A stretch of DNA of 63,873 bases, counting the filler, from Rhizaria sp. SCN 62-66 (lineage: Eukaryota), in assembly GCA_001724265.1 (NCBI GenBank). It is 3 parts of 3 records of this genome, joined end to end, with 100 filler letters (N's around TTAATTAATTAA, not from the genome) between each part and the next. Parts side by side here need not be neighbours in the genome. Positions count along the whole stretch, not along the records: positions 1 to 25,348 come from MEDY01000414.1; 2 more parts are not named here. One strand, given 5' to 3'. Below the pieces are notes generated by a model. It did no database searches and was not told where the DNA came from. It saw only the letters and a program-made list of their open reading frames with translations. The position numbers were made by a program, and so were the translations under genes. Position 1 is the first letter of the stretch. The number at the start of each line of letters is the position of its first letter. Of this stretch, positions 1 to 12,400 are shown in pieces.

Positions 1-1
1 C

Positions 2-373
2 AAGCAGATCAAGAACGAGGAGACCTGGGTCGGTGAGGTCAAGAAGATCATCAAGCTCTACGGCTCCAAGCTCAAGCGCGTTGTGACCAACGTCAAGACT
101 CTCCGCGAGGAGGTCCGCAAGCTCTACATCAAGAAGCGCCAGATCCAGAACCTTAAGATCCAGCGCGCTCTTGAGAAGCGCATGGAGGAGGCCACCGCCG
201 ACCTCACTACGCTCGACTCCAAGCTTGACCTCGTCAAGACTCGCGCGACCGAGTTCTCCCGCACCCGCAAGGGCATCACCACCACCATCGACCAGCTCAA
301 GGGCAAGCTCAACGAGCTCAAGGGTGTCAAGGCCCCCGCCAAGCCCGCCGCTGCCCCCGTCAAGAAGTTCTAA
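2..373 (+). CDS. 3' part of a basic coiled-coil protein (5' end outside the window), function unknown
   Basis: Frame is open from base 2 (KQIKNEETWVGEVKKIIKLYGSKLKRVVTNVKTLREEVRKLYIKKRQIQNLK...PAAAPVKKF) and ends at TAA 371-373. Very strong C/G-ending codon bias and a heptad-like K/E/L pattern. Confidence 0.75.
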   Translation, partial: KQIKNEETWVGEVKKIIKLYGSKLKRVVTNVKTLREEVRKLYIKKRQIQNLKIQRALEKRMEEATADLTTLDSKLDLVKTRATEFSRTRKGITTTIDQLKGKLNELKGVKAPAKPAAAPVKKF

Positions 374-1026
374 TTGCGTCGCATTTAGAGCCTTTGGCGT
401 TGGTGCTGCTGTTCGAGGTGATGGTGATAGAGATGTTGTTGTTGCTGCTGTTGTTGGACGACGCTACGCGGCTCTTTGACCCTACAGGCTCTTTACAGCT
501 GTCTGTTTCGGTCTCGATGAAGAGTGTGCGCGACTGGGAAAGAGAGCGTTCTATAGTGAACCTTTGCTTGCTACTATGAGCACAAAGGCAGGGTGCACCG
601 AGCTTTGTGCAAGACGCGCTCTGATCAAGAGGGAAAAACTATTCAAAATACACCCCCATTTCAAACATTTATATCTGTTTATGTCCTCTCCTCTCGCATT
701 GTTCTTCAGTTGACCCGTTGGTCAACGTATCCTTGTTTTCGATGATGCTCAAGCTTTGCAAGTCTGGATCTTGGCAGGGTGATCGACAAAGTGGATGTTG
801 TTGTTTGTACAGACGTATTGTGTTGTTTATAATATTTCTCTAAACCCGTTTTTCAAAATATTCTCTCTTACCCCCTCGGATCATGCTTTTCTTTCGCACT
901 CTATCATCGCTTCATTTTCACATTCTGTTTTTTCTCTCTCGCCAAGTAGTCTGGCTCAACAAAGACTTCCGCAACCACAGCCTTTTCGAAAAACCACCCC
1001 TACAACCTTGCTTATCAGCACGACAA

Positions 1027-2571
1027 ATGAGCGTCATTCTGGAGACGTCTCTGGGCGAGCTGGTGATCGACCTGTACTGCGACGACTGCCCGCAGGCGGC
1101 GCAGAACTTCCTCAAACTATGCAAGCTCAAGTACTACAACAACACCATCTTTCACTCTGTCGAGAAGAACTTTCTCGCGCAGGCTGGCGACCCCACAGGC
1201 ACGGGTCAGGGCGGTGAGTCCGTCTATGCGCTGACGGAAACGCCCCCGCGCAAGTACTTCCCGAGCGAGATCTCGAAGAAGCACCGGCATAACAAAGTCG
1301 GCTTGCTCGGCATGTGCTCCGCGGGGGGCCCCGACCGCAACGGCTCCGCGTTCTACATCACGCTTGCCGGCAAGCTGGACTATCTGGACGACAAGCACGT
1401 CATCTTCGGCGAGGTCGCCGAGGGGCTCGACGTCCTGGTTCGGCTTAACTCTGTTTTCTGCGATAAGGCCAAGCGGCCCTACCAAAACATCCGCATCAAG
1501 CACGCCGTCGTGCTCGACGACCCTTTTCCGGAGCCGCCCGCGCTGGTGTACCCGGCCGAGTCGCCCGCCGCGCTGCCCGACAAGCTCGACGAAGGTCGTC
1601 TGCGCGACGACGAGGCGTGGGATGATGCTTACTCCGGAATGACTCCCGCAGAGGTGCAGAAGACTCTCAGGGCCCGCGAGGCCAAGGTGAACGCAACGCT
1701 GCTCACTCTGCTCGGCGACTTACCGGACGCGGACGTCGCGCCGCCCGAAAACGTGCTTTTTGTGTGCAAACTTAACGCGGTCACTGCTGACGAAGACTTA
1801 GAGTTGATCTTCTCCCAGTGCGGCGTCGTCAAAAAGTGCGAGATCATCCGCGACCGCGCGACGGGCCACAGCCTCAAGTACGCCTTTGTCGAGTTCGAGA
1901 CGGCGGCGCAGTGCGAGCGCGCGCGCGAGAAGATGGACGGCGCGGTGGTCGACGACCGGCAGATCAAGTGCGACTTCTCCCAGTCGGTCGCGGGCGTCTG
2001 GAACAAGTGGCGGCGGGGCGACCGCGAGCTCGGCGGGGCGGCGCAGAGGCCCGGCCAGGGCGGCGGCGCCAGCGGCAGCACGCAGCAGGGCCAGGGACAG
2101 CAGAGTGTGGCGGCGGCGCTGGGATACGGGTTCGGTAAGACTGTGAGCGTACCCTCTGTGTCTGGCTCTGCGCCGCCTGCGTCTGGCTCTGGTTCTAGCT
2201 CTAGCTCTAGCTCTAGTTTGAGCTCTTATGACCGCGACCGCGATTGTCGTGACCGTGACCGTGACCGTGATCGTGATCGTGACCGTGACCGCCGCAGTCG
2301 TGACCAGGACCGCGATCGCACTGACCGTGAGCGTGAGCGTGAGCGTGACCGTGACCGTGAGCGAAGCAGCAGCCACCGCGACCGCGACTATGACCGTGAT
2401 CGTGACCGTGAGCGTAGTTCTCGCGACTACGACCGTGACCGTGAGCGTAGCCGTGACCACAATGACCGCAGTGGCCGTAGTGACCGTGAGAGGCGTGATT
2501 ATGACAGGGAGCGCAGCGAGCGTGACCGGGAACGGGGTGATCGCGATAGGAGCGACCGTGAGCGTCGTTAA
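1027..2571 (+). CDS. PPIL4: Peptidyl-prolyl isomerase-like 4 (cyclophilin + RRM + RD/RE-rich tail; Cyp59/Rct1 family)
   Basis: Starts MSVILETSLGELVIDLY and includes NFLKLCKLKYYN and QAGDPTGTGQGGES (cyclophilin). PPENVLFVCKLNAVTADEDLELIFSQCG...YAFVEF is the PPIL4 RRM. Arg-Asp dipeptide tail. No introns; TAA stop. Confidence 0.95.
   Translation: MSVILETSLGELVIDLYCDDCPQAAQNFLKLCKLKYYNNTIFHSVEKNFLAQAGDPTGTGQGGESVYALTETPPRKYFPSEISKKHRHNKVGLLGMCSAGGPDRNGSAFYITLAGKLDYLDDKHVIFGEVAEGLDVLVRLNSVFCDKAKRPYQNIRIKHAVVLDDPFPEPPALVYPAESPAALPDKLDEGRLRDDEAWDDAYSGMTPAEVQKTLRAREAKVNATLLTLLGDLPDADVAPPENVLFVCKLNAVTADEDLELIFSQCGVVKKCEIIRDRATGHSLKYAFVEFETAAQCERAREKMDGAVVDDRQIKCDFSQSVAGVWNKWRRGDRELGGAAQRPGQGGGASGSTQQGQGQQSVAAALGYGFGKTVSVPSVSGSAPPASGSGSSSSSSSSLSSYDRDRDCRDRDRDRDRDRDRDRRSRDQDRDRTDRERERERDRDRERSSSHRDRDYDRDRDRERSSRDYDRDRERSRDHNDRSGRSDRERRDYDRERSERDRERGDRDRSDRERR
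2230..2568 (+). repeat. Coding hexanucleotide repeat (GACCGT/GAGCGT)n encoding the RD/RE tail of PPIL4
   Basis: Tandem gaccgt/gatcgt/gagcgt units are directly visible. Confidence 0.85.
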
Positions 2572-3243
2572 CAATTATTGTCATGGATGTAGCGCGATAT
2601 TCTGTCTAAACAGGCGCGCCCAGATTAAAAAAATGGTTATACTTAGTTGCATACATAGATATTATTTATCAAAAGTTCATTGATAGAATTTAAAATAGGT
2701 GCACACTCACTTTTGTTTGAGGGAGGGTTCGCAAAAACTCCGCCGGTGTGTGTACGTACATCGAAAGCCAGTCCAGTAGAAGATGACCTGGATGGATCTA
2801 GTTGGCAACGCTTTGCCGGACTGCTGTAATGCTGACGTGGAATGCTGGCTTTTGTACATTTTTTTATTCGGGTTTAGTTCCTTGTTTAGCATTTAGCTTT
2901 GCGACACAACGTTGCAGTATCTTCGTTTTGCGCCCAAAGTTTCCTTCGGTCATCGCCTTGGTCGCAACGTCCCTGCATCACATGCTATGTTTCCACCCCA
3001 GTTCTTCAGTAAATACGCCCATACTATTTTTTTCGACGATCTTTGACTTAGTTCCACACATGCATCCCGCCGTTTTTTGCCCTTGCTTTGTCTTGTCTGT
3101 CTGTGCACCTCAGAGTCCCCGTCGACTCCTCCCTATCTTTCCGCGGCGTCAGTTGGTCAGCACTCTATCGCTTTCCTCTTTCCCCCTGCGCAAAGAAGAC
3201 AGACCTAGGAGCCCGGACACGTTGGACACCACCGCCTTTTACC

Positions 3244-4146
3244 ATGAGGCATAACGCGCCTTTTGACGGCGTCCCGCACACCAGCGGGCCCGTCCCCGCA
3301 CCAATTCTGCCTACTGGTCTCGCCGGCCCCGCGCCACGCCCGCCCATGCCCGCCGCAGCCGCCGCCTCCGCTGCCGCCGCCTCCGCCGCGAGCGCCTCTA
3401 TGCCTCCCGCGTCCCCTAGCGGGCCCCGCACCGAAGTTTTGCCTACGGGCCAGCTCATCCGCTTCGTTTGCCCCAAAAACACGGCCTGCGACGAAAACGA
3501 GTGCCGCTTCAACCACACCAACCGGACGACGTGCCGCTCGCAAGACTTCTGCGCCACGCTCGTCTGCCCCTACAACCATCCCAACGGCCCGCTGTGCCCG
3601 CGCTTTCCCACCACGTGCACAAACATCGTCTGTTCGAACCGCCACCCAAAGCCCGCGCGCGTGTGCAAGCTCTCCAACTACCGCGCGCAATGCCCATACC
3701 GCGACCGCTGCGGCTTCCGCCACCGCGACGACACGCCCGACACGATGATCGCGCTCAAGGAGACTACCGCAAAGGTCGCACGCACGGCGCGCGTGTGTGA
3801 CAGCGTGCTCCGCGCAACGTGCCGCTACGGGCCCAAGTGCCACTTCAGACACTTGGACGAAGAAGAAGATTCCCCCGCCTCCGCTGCGGCCGCCGCCGCC
3901 GCCGCGGGGGGTAACAACAGCAGCGGCGGTGGGCTGGCGCTGGGCGCGCTGGGCCAGCCCCTGTCGCCGTCAGCGTCTTCCTCGGCCGCCGCGGCCGCTG
4001 CCTTGGCGATGAATGCCACGCTCGCAGCCACGGGCATGTCCCAACAACAGCTCCTGACACTGCAGGCCTTTTTTGCCGTCAATCCCTCCGCGGCCGCTGC
4101 GGCCACGACAGCTGCAGCCGCGGCGGCGCAACAGCACCACCAGCAT

Positions 4147-4196
<50 letters not shown>

Positions 4197-4518
4197 GCAG
4201 TCCGCGGTCGCCAACGCCGGCCTGCTGCACCAGCTCCAGATGCACCAGATGCAGCAGCTGCAGCAGCAGGCACAGGCACAGGCCCTGTCCCAGTTCCGCA
4301 ACCAGCAGAACGCACAGGCGCAAGCGCAGGCGCAGGCCCAGGCGCAGGCCCAGACTGCGCAGGCGCTGGCACACGTGCACGCCCTGTCGGCCGCCGCCGC
4401 GCTCTCGCAGTCTCAGTCCCAGTCGCAGGCGTCGCAGTCGCCACAGCTCCCGGTGGGCTCGCTTCTGCAGCATCACTCTCACTCCCACTCCCACTCCGGC
4501 TCCAGCGTTGGCATCGGC

Positions 4519-4569
<51 letters not shown>

Positions 4570-5771
4570 GGCGGCGGCGGCGGCGGTGCTGACATGAACG
4601 TGGCGTATATGCAGGCCTTGCAGGCGCAGCAGGTGTTTCAGACACAGCTTATGCAGGCCCAGGCTCAGGCCCAGGCCCAGGCACAGTTTGGGATTAATAA
4701 CGTCCAGCAACAGCAGCAACAGTTGTTGATGTCGTTGTACGCTAATCAGCTACAACAACAGCAACAACAACAGCAGCAGAATCAGCAGCAGCAGCAGCAG
4801 CAGGGGCAGCAGGGGCAGCGACAGTCTCGCCAGGCGGCCAAGTCTGCCGGCACAACTCGCAAACAAAACAACAACGCGGGCAACGCCAACAACAACAACG
4901 ACGGTGCTTCCGCGTCTGGCGCCGCCGCCGGCCTCGGCCTCGGCGGCTGCGGCAGCGAACGTGACTCTGTGTTGTCCTTGCATTCGCGCGAGTCTCCCTC
5001 GCTTTCCGTGCGCGACGGCGCCGGCGCTGCCGCGAATGTGGTCGGCGGCATCGGCGGCGGCGGCGGCGGCAGCAGCAGCGACGACGCGACGGCCGCGGCG
5101 CTGACGCAGCTGCAGAGCCAGATCGCAAACCTCGCCAGCAACAGCGGCAACCGCCGCGGCAGCGATGCTTTGGACCTGAGCATGCAGCTTGCTGCGCTTG
5201 ATCTGGCTGCGGCCGGCAATAGCAACAACGGTAAACCTGGCAGCAGCCACAACAACAGCGGGGGCGACCTCGCTGCCCACGGTCACTTCAACATGATGCT
5301 GCCGACTCTGGACCTCACAGACGGCCCGCGCTTTGGCTCCGTGGCCACTTCGACTCCGGGCTCGCAGTCCGTCGCCGCCATGCGGTCGTTCTCGGACATC
5401 CGCGTCCCGCCATCCACGCTCGCTCCCTCGAGCACGGCCACGGCCAACTCGGCTTCCGCCGGCGCCGGCGCCGGCAACTCTGGCAACGGGCTGCCGAGTC
5501 CGCCCGCGCTGGGCTTCTCCTGCTCCGGCTTCACTGCCGGCTCTACGATGAGGCTAGGCGGGGGAATGGGCGGCGGGCTCAGCGGTTTCAACGCCGGTTA
5601 CCTGGCTGGCCATGGCTACATGCCTGCCCACGGTCACTCGATGTCGCTCTCGTCGCCGGTGGCCACAGGTACTTCCGCGGGTGCCTCCGGAACCTCTGGG
5701 TCCGCCGGGACCACGACGTCTGACCCGCTGCACATGCGCGCCTTGCATCCACAGCTGCACCAACTGGCGCT

Positions 5772-5810
<39 letters not shown>

Positions 5811-6153
5811 CGGCAGTAGCATTGGCAACAGCGGCTTCACCGGCAGCAACAGCAGCAGCGACCTCGGCGGCAGTCTCCACTACGGCGGCGCCGGCCACAT
5901 GCTTTCCTCCCCGTCCAGTCACTATGACCGCACGCAGTCCCCGTACAGCCACCACACCGGCGCCGGCTGCGGCAGCGGCCCCAACGGAGGCTTCTTCGAC
6001 TTCGGCTTCGCGTCGGCCGCCCTCAACAACGTAGGCAACCAGGGCTCGAGTGCCAGCGAGGGCGTGGACCTAGGCCGCGCCGGTAGCATGGGCGCGGTGC
6101 AGGGCCAGGACGGCGGCGGGAGCGGCAGCGGCGGCGCCGCAACCATGATGTAA
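3244..6153 (+). CDS. Multi-CCCH zinc-finger RNA-binding protein with a long Q/A/G/N-rich low-complexity C-terminus
   Basis: ATG at 3244 (accATG) where GC-rich codon usage begins. Five CCCH fingers: CPKNTACDENECRFNH, CRSQDFCATLVCPYNH, CPRFPTTCTNIVCSNRH, CKLSNYRAQCPYRDRCGFRH, CDSVLRATCRYGPKCHFRH. Poly-Q and poly-G tracts follow. TAA stop. Confidence 0.85.
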
Positions 6154-9100
6154 GCTGAGGGATTGAGTCCGTGACCTGAATCTGTGTTGCAAAGGAAACG
6201 CGAAGCGCGCACACACAGAAACATATTAGCAGACGAGCGAATGAATGTGCCGTTCGTCACGTGTCACTTCGTTTTGTTAAGCTTACGTACGCGCTGCGAT
6301 TTCTCTTTGTATTGCGAAGTTAAACAAAATGTTTTTAATAACGTGGTTTAATGTGAAGTTTTGTACTTAAAAGCGAACAAGTGGCTGTTTCGTTTGGTTC
6401 CAAATTCTTCTGATCTCTTCAATGACTGGTCAGTGTCCGAATGCCACCAGCATTGTTGTAGATTTAGATGCTGCATTACTTGGCGACGAGTTGAATTTAA
6501 TGGCTTGACAAACAAATTATATTGAATAACGTACTTACGAGCTTTGACTGAAACACAGTGAAGTTGTGTGACTGTAGCCGAAAGCTACAGTCAGACTGTT
6601 GGATGTGACGCATATCAACCCGCATACCGAAGCTTGAAGCTATTCGCTCCACGGCGTTATTGCTCACGTAACATAGTCGATGTCTGTCCACGTGCTTCGA
6701 TTACAACGAATGAACTCTAACGCGAACAAACTGTATTCTGCGTTGTTGCAATCCGTGCCGATTCCAATTTCGATTCTAATACCGGCGTTAAATGATTGCC
6801 ATATCATCGATTTCACTCAAAACATTTATCGTCATCTTTCTCGTCACATTTACTTTCTGAGTCCCATATTCTATTTCGCCTCGATTCACTCACCACCCGG
6901 CAATCGCACGGCTTATATCTTCCCTGTGAGTCTCTTTGGTGTCACGCATCTGCTTTGCTGCCTACGCTGCCTTTGTTGCAGCGTGACATGCCACTATAAT
7001 CTGCATGCGTTTTTTGTGTCTTCTATTCAATGATCGCACGTGTGACTGGATATTTTGTGACGTGTTTTGTGCCTGTGCGCGTTAATGGTGCTAATTATAT
7101 GAAATGTGTGTTGCTATAGTGGCACATGTTGGCTCATATTGAATCCACTTTCACGTTTGCGCGTACACTTACTAACACAGCGCAATATGATACGGTGTTG
7201 CCCGTACATTACCATATCAACAACACCGCCTGCAACAAGATCAATGTTCCCCAATCACCAGACTAGCCGCTTCACGTGAGTGTACACATTCCCGTGTAAC
7301 TACCACGACCACAGCACATGATAAGCTCCTTGTCGTTGTTTCTCGTGGATGTGCTTGTTTCTTCATCGTTCACTGCTTCCCTTTTGCCCTTTGTCTTTGT
7401 GTTCTCTTCTGTCTATTGTTCTCTGTCCAATGATCAGTTACTAATTGCGTCACCCTCAGTTGCCGGCTCGTGTGTTTTTATTGTCTCGCATGAATGCGCA
7501 CAACGTTGTCGCATCCCGTCTTCATTCCTTGTGCATTGTCTTGCGATGTTTTTCCTCTGCAGGCCAGTGGTCGCGCGTTATAGCGCGAGGCCTCTCCCCA
7601 CCTGCCCCTCGGAAAGCACAAAAAACAACAGCGACAACAACGAATGTGACAGGATTGCAATAGCAGCCACCGCAGCCATGCTGTAGAACACATCAACCAT
7701 AACAAACAACATCAGGCATCACGATTACATCATTATGCCTGACGTGTTTCTGTCAGCACGGTATCTGTGCGTCGCGACTCTCCGTCTTGCGGCGCACATT
7801 AGCCAATCAGCCGCAACAGTAATCACTGCAATAGCAATAACTCCGACTTCATAATCAATAATAACGACAAGCACTTGCACTACGCGTCTTGTGTTAACAG
7901 GGGGAAGTTCAGTATAACCCGTGCGAACGACATGTTTTGCCGTGTCCTGCTATGCTTTGCCCATGTTGGACGCGAATATCTGTTTTTTTCTTAAACAATC
8001 AAATCAGTTCATTGTTACTGACTTGTAGGGTTTCACAGTTCATTTTGTTCATTTGTCTTCTTGGCTTTCTGTGTTATCACCCCTATCACAATGTTTAACC
8101 ACCACTTAAAGTTGTGTATTTTCGCCTCTCCGAAATCCTCTTGTCGCAACCGCCTCTCTCTCTACGTGTTATCTTAAGGCAAGATGACTTATTTTCGGCT
8201 TAATTGACGTGTTTTGTCTTGTTTTGTTTCATTTTCTTTGCGTATGTCTTTTATGTATGTGTCTAGTATATATTTTATGCCCTTTCTCTGAACTCTCTAT
8301 GCTGAGTAGGTTTGCTGAGTAGGTTCAAACTCTGAGTCATACGTGTTTTTCTGTTCTTTAGCTCACATGTTGTTTATGTTTGCCCCCATTTATACCGTGT
8401 TAAAACATACCACCCCTGAATCGACCACACACCACACAATGCCATGCTTTCATTTTTGGTATATGTTTAATCTACAACTACTATCGTTCATATCACCATC
8501 GACTATTCTTAACTTGCCATCATCACTTTTATCGTGAGTCGTCGCATGCATTGTTGCGGTCAGACAAAACCACAACTTCTTGTTGGCTGTACACTGTGCC
8601 AGTATCTTTACTGGAGCGTTCGACCTTTTTTTTGTGTACTTTTATTCGCGACACAGTCTCTGTGCCTCGCGCCACCCTGCGTTCGTTATTTCCTCCGCTA
8701 ATCAGCGCCTCCGCAACAGCAGCAGCACAGGCACGGCTATGTGAGGCGCGCCTCGACGCACATATGATAATAACACACTCGAGAACGTGCGGTTACCGAC
8801 AGGTAGCTGCGCGTGTCTGATCCTGTGCGTGCGCGTGAAGGCGCTGTCGACTGAGGCCGCATTTGGGGGACCTGTCCCCCCCGTATATTTCGGGGATATA
8901 CGTGTGTGGTGCTGGTGGAAATAAGATATTTGTTGATAGTCATTTGTAGTAATTAAATAAAAACAGATTTGTTTACCTATTAGACTTTGTTTGCCGCCTT
9001 TTTCAACATCAAATGCAACTCCACCACACGTTCTTCGAGTCTCTGTCGCAACCACTGGCCAGCCAGCCACTCAACGACTGGCAGCAACGGCTCGTTTGAA

Positions 9101-9438
9101 CCAAAAGCGTCCAGTGTGTGACAAACGTGAGTCATATTCGAGTGTCTGTATAATATACGATTAGAAGCGCACCGAAATATGCCGCTATCAAATTATTTCT
9201 CTTTTGACGGAACTCTGTGGTTGATACACGAACTAAGGGCCCGCAGAGGCCCGCTTCTCGGTAACCGTGCGCTCACTTAACTGTCTTATCGTACAACTCC
9301 ATTTCTGTCACACGTGCTACAAATTACACGAGGTATAGGCAAATTCTTATAATATTTTACCAGGCAACCTTGGTTAATTACTAAACCACCCAAGCTTCCC
9401 CTCCGCAGCGCCTCGCCCTTGGCCTTGCACGGCCCCAT

Positions 9439-12400
9439 ATGAGCCTGCCCCTGGCCCCCGCGTCAGAGTCTGCTGCGGCCGCCGCCGGCGAGCTGCTGTG
9501 CGTTCTCTGCGACCACGACCCAGCGCAATTCCACTGCTCCGTCTGCAAGCAGTCTTTGTGCAAGGACTGCGACAGCGACATCCACAGCACCTTCCAGCTC
9601 CGCCTCCACATCCGCACACCTCTGCCCAGGTCAGCCAACAGCAACTCGGCCGACCTGGCCGCCGATAGCTCCGTCTCCAGCGCGGACTCGGTTCCGCCGG
9701 CGCCGCCCACGCCGACGTCAGCGACGGCATCGACGCTGCAGATCCCGCCCTCGTCGCGGACCGAGCTGGCCTCTGCGTTCGACGAGGAGGAGGAGGACGC
9801 GGTGTTGTCCAGCACCGGCGGCGACACGCTGGCTAACGACAACAGCGGCGCCAGCACCGGCCCCGTCGCCGCACCCATGCAGGGTCCGCAGCCGCTGCTC
9901 GCTGGCACTTCTCCTGTCCAGGCGGACACTGCAACATCAGCCTCAGCCTCGGCCTCAGCCCCTGCCTCTGGCTCTAGCGCCGCCTCGGGCACAGTCGCAT
10001 CTACGGCTCCCCCAGCGGGTCCCGGTGCGCTGCCATCGGCGGCCGCGCCCGCCTCCGCGGCGGCGCTGCGGCCGCCGCTGCCCGGGAACGCCGCGCGCAC
10101 CCCGCCCAAGCCCTTCAGCGGCCACGGCACGCCCGCACAGCCCTACAACAGTAACCCGTATAGCAACAACAGCAGCGGCAGCGGCAGCGGCTATAACCAC
10201 CTGCGTGCCCCAGGCTTCGGCAGCGGCAGCGGCAGCTACCCCGCGTACGGCAACGCCAGAGGCAGCGGCGCCGGCAGAGGCAACAGCGCGGGCGACGACG
10301 AGGGCGACCTTCTGCCCGGGCTGCCCTCGACCTCGCCGTTCCCATACATGCGCACCGTCGCGCCCACGGCGCACGTGCCCCATAATGCGGAGGCGGGGGG
10401 TGTCACGGGCACCGCGACCAGCGACTCGTCGCATTCGTTCCCGCCGAACCCCGCGTTTGCGCACAATCGCAACGGCAGCATCGACGGCCACATGAGCATC
10501 AGCAACAGCAGCGACAACAATTCTGATAACAGCGGCGGCGGCTTTGGCGGCCGCGGCAGCTCCAGCCCGCCCATGCCGCCCTCTTCCCACTCCCCCGGCG
10601 TCCCCCCGCACCCGCACGCGCACTCGCAGTCGCAGGGCCCCGGGACGGGCCTCGGGCTCGGACTGGGCATGGGCGTTGGGGGGCCCGGGGTGGCTGCGGC
10701 GATGCCGTCGCGCACTCTTGGCCGTCCCCGGCCCGCGGCCGCCACTGCGGGCCCGCACTTTGCCGCCGACAACAGCGCGTTCGCCTCATGGGGCAATGAT
10801 AACATCGCGATCGGCCGCAGCGCCAGCAGCAGCGCGGGCGTCGGCGCCAACAACGCGAGCGCCATCATGGCGACCGCGCACGCGCACACCGTGTCTGCGC
10901 ACGCGGACGCGGTGCCCACGCCGGTCACCCCGGTCACGGCCGAGGCGGCGGCCGATGCCGCACACGCCGCCGCGCTGCTGCTGCCGCCTTCGCCCTCGCC
11001 GCAGCCGCAGCCCCCTCAGCCGCAGGCACAGGCGCAACAACAGACGCAAGACGCCGCCGCCGCTGCCGCCGCCGCCACTGCCGCGGACAGCACGGATGCA
11101 GTGCCGGCGGGTTCACCACGCGGCCGCAGGGGTAGCGCGCGCGCGCTGCCGCCCTCGGCCGCGCTGCACGCAGTCGCCGCGCCCGCCGCGCCGCCCGCGC
11201 AGCTCTCGCCCCCACAGCTATCACCCGCGCCCACCGCGGGGACGGCCGGCGTGACGGGGGCGGGGGAGGGGAGTCCCGCGTTCTTGCCGCACCCGCTGCC
11301 GCTGCCGGGCGGGCTGGGCAGCTACCCCTCGAACGCGTCCGCGGACGCTCAGTCACCCGCCACCGCCTCAGCCACGGCCAAGGCTGGGGATGGGATGAGA
11401 GGAGCGGCGACGCCTGGGGCAACAACGGCGACGACGGGGACGTCGAGCAATGCTTTTTCTTCTCCGTTTGCCGCCGCCGCGAACGCCAGAGCCTCCGGTA
11501 CATCTCTAAACAACAATAATAGCACTGCCAATGCTGGTGCAGTTGGTGCCAACAGTAACGCCGACAGAGCGCCCTCGGCCGCGGCCTCACACAGCACAGT
11601 CGGCTCCCCCGGTGCCCAGATGCCCGCCCACAGCAACAGCAACCGCGGCAGCACTAGCAGCGGCAACAATGCCAACGCTGTGGGGGCTCCCTCCGCCGTG
11701 CTGTCACCGACCGACGCGATCGTGGCGTTCCGACAGCAAATCCTGTCCTCGCCCGTGGGCCGGGAGCGGGTGCGCGCGCTGGCCTCGGACACCGAGGACG
11801 AGGACGAACTCAACAGCATTGAAGACGGCTTCGCCGTGGACGGCGGTGGCTACAAGAGCGCTGGCGCCACCGCGAGCGATGGCACGAACAGGAACACACA
11901 CGGCAACATTGACACTGTCGCTGATGCTGGCGCTGGAGCTGGGTTTGCTAGTCCTAACCCCGGTCGCAGCAACGCAGACGGCAGCGGCGGCGGCGACGGC
12001 GTTGGCGCGAGTGCGAGTGTGAACAGTGCGCTCCCAACCGAGAGGCGCCTTGACTTGGATTCGCCGGCCCCCGTCCCGCCCGCGCGCAATACTAGCTGGA
12101 GCGCTGTCGACCCCAGCAAGTCTGCCGCGGTTACCGAGGCGCCTGCAGAGTCCACGTCGACCGCACCCGCTGCCGCTGCCGGTGCCTCTGCAACTGGGAC
12201 TGATGCTGCGGGTGGCAATGCGACGATTACGGTTACTCCTCCGACCCCAATGCTGTCCGCGGTCTCTTCTTCCTCGTCAAATGCAACCACCAACGCACCC
12301 GCAAGCTCTAGCTCTAGCTCTAGTGCAACAGCAGCAACTGCCGCCCCCGCCGCCCCCACAGCAAGCACTAGCGCCGCTCCTGCTTCTGCGTCTACGACTG

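Noticed and set aside
2230-2568. Regular short repeats suggestive of a CRISPR-like or satellite array
   Set aside because: They encode the RD/RE tail typical of PPIL4 and have no repeat-spacer structure.
6154-9438. Search for a tRNA (including a CUA suppressor) or other structured RNA in the long intergenic regions
   Set aside because: I could not recognise a cloverleaf or A/B-box pair by eye. Only a short direct repeat (TGCTGAGTAGGTT x2, ~8300-8326) is visible. A tRNAscan run is needed.
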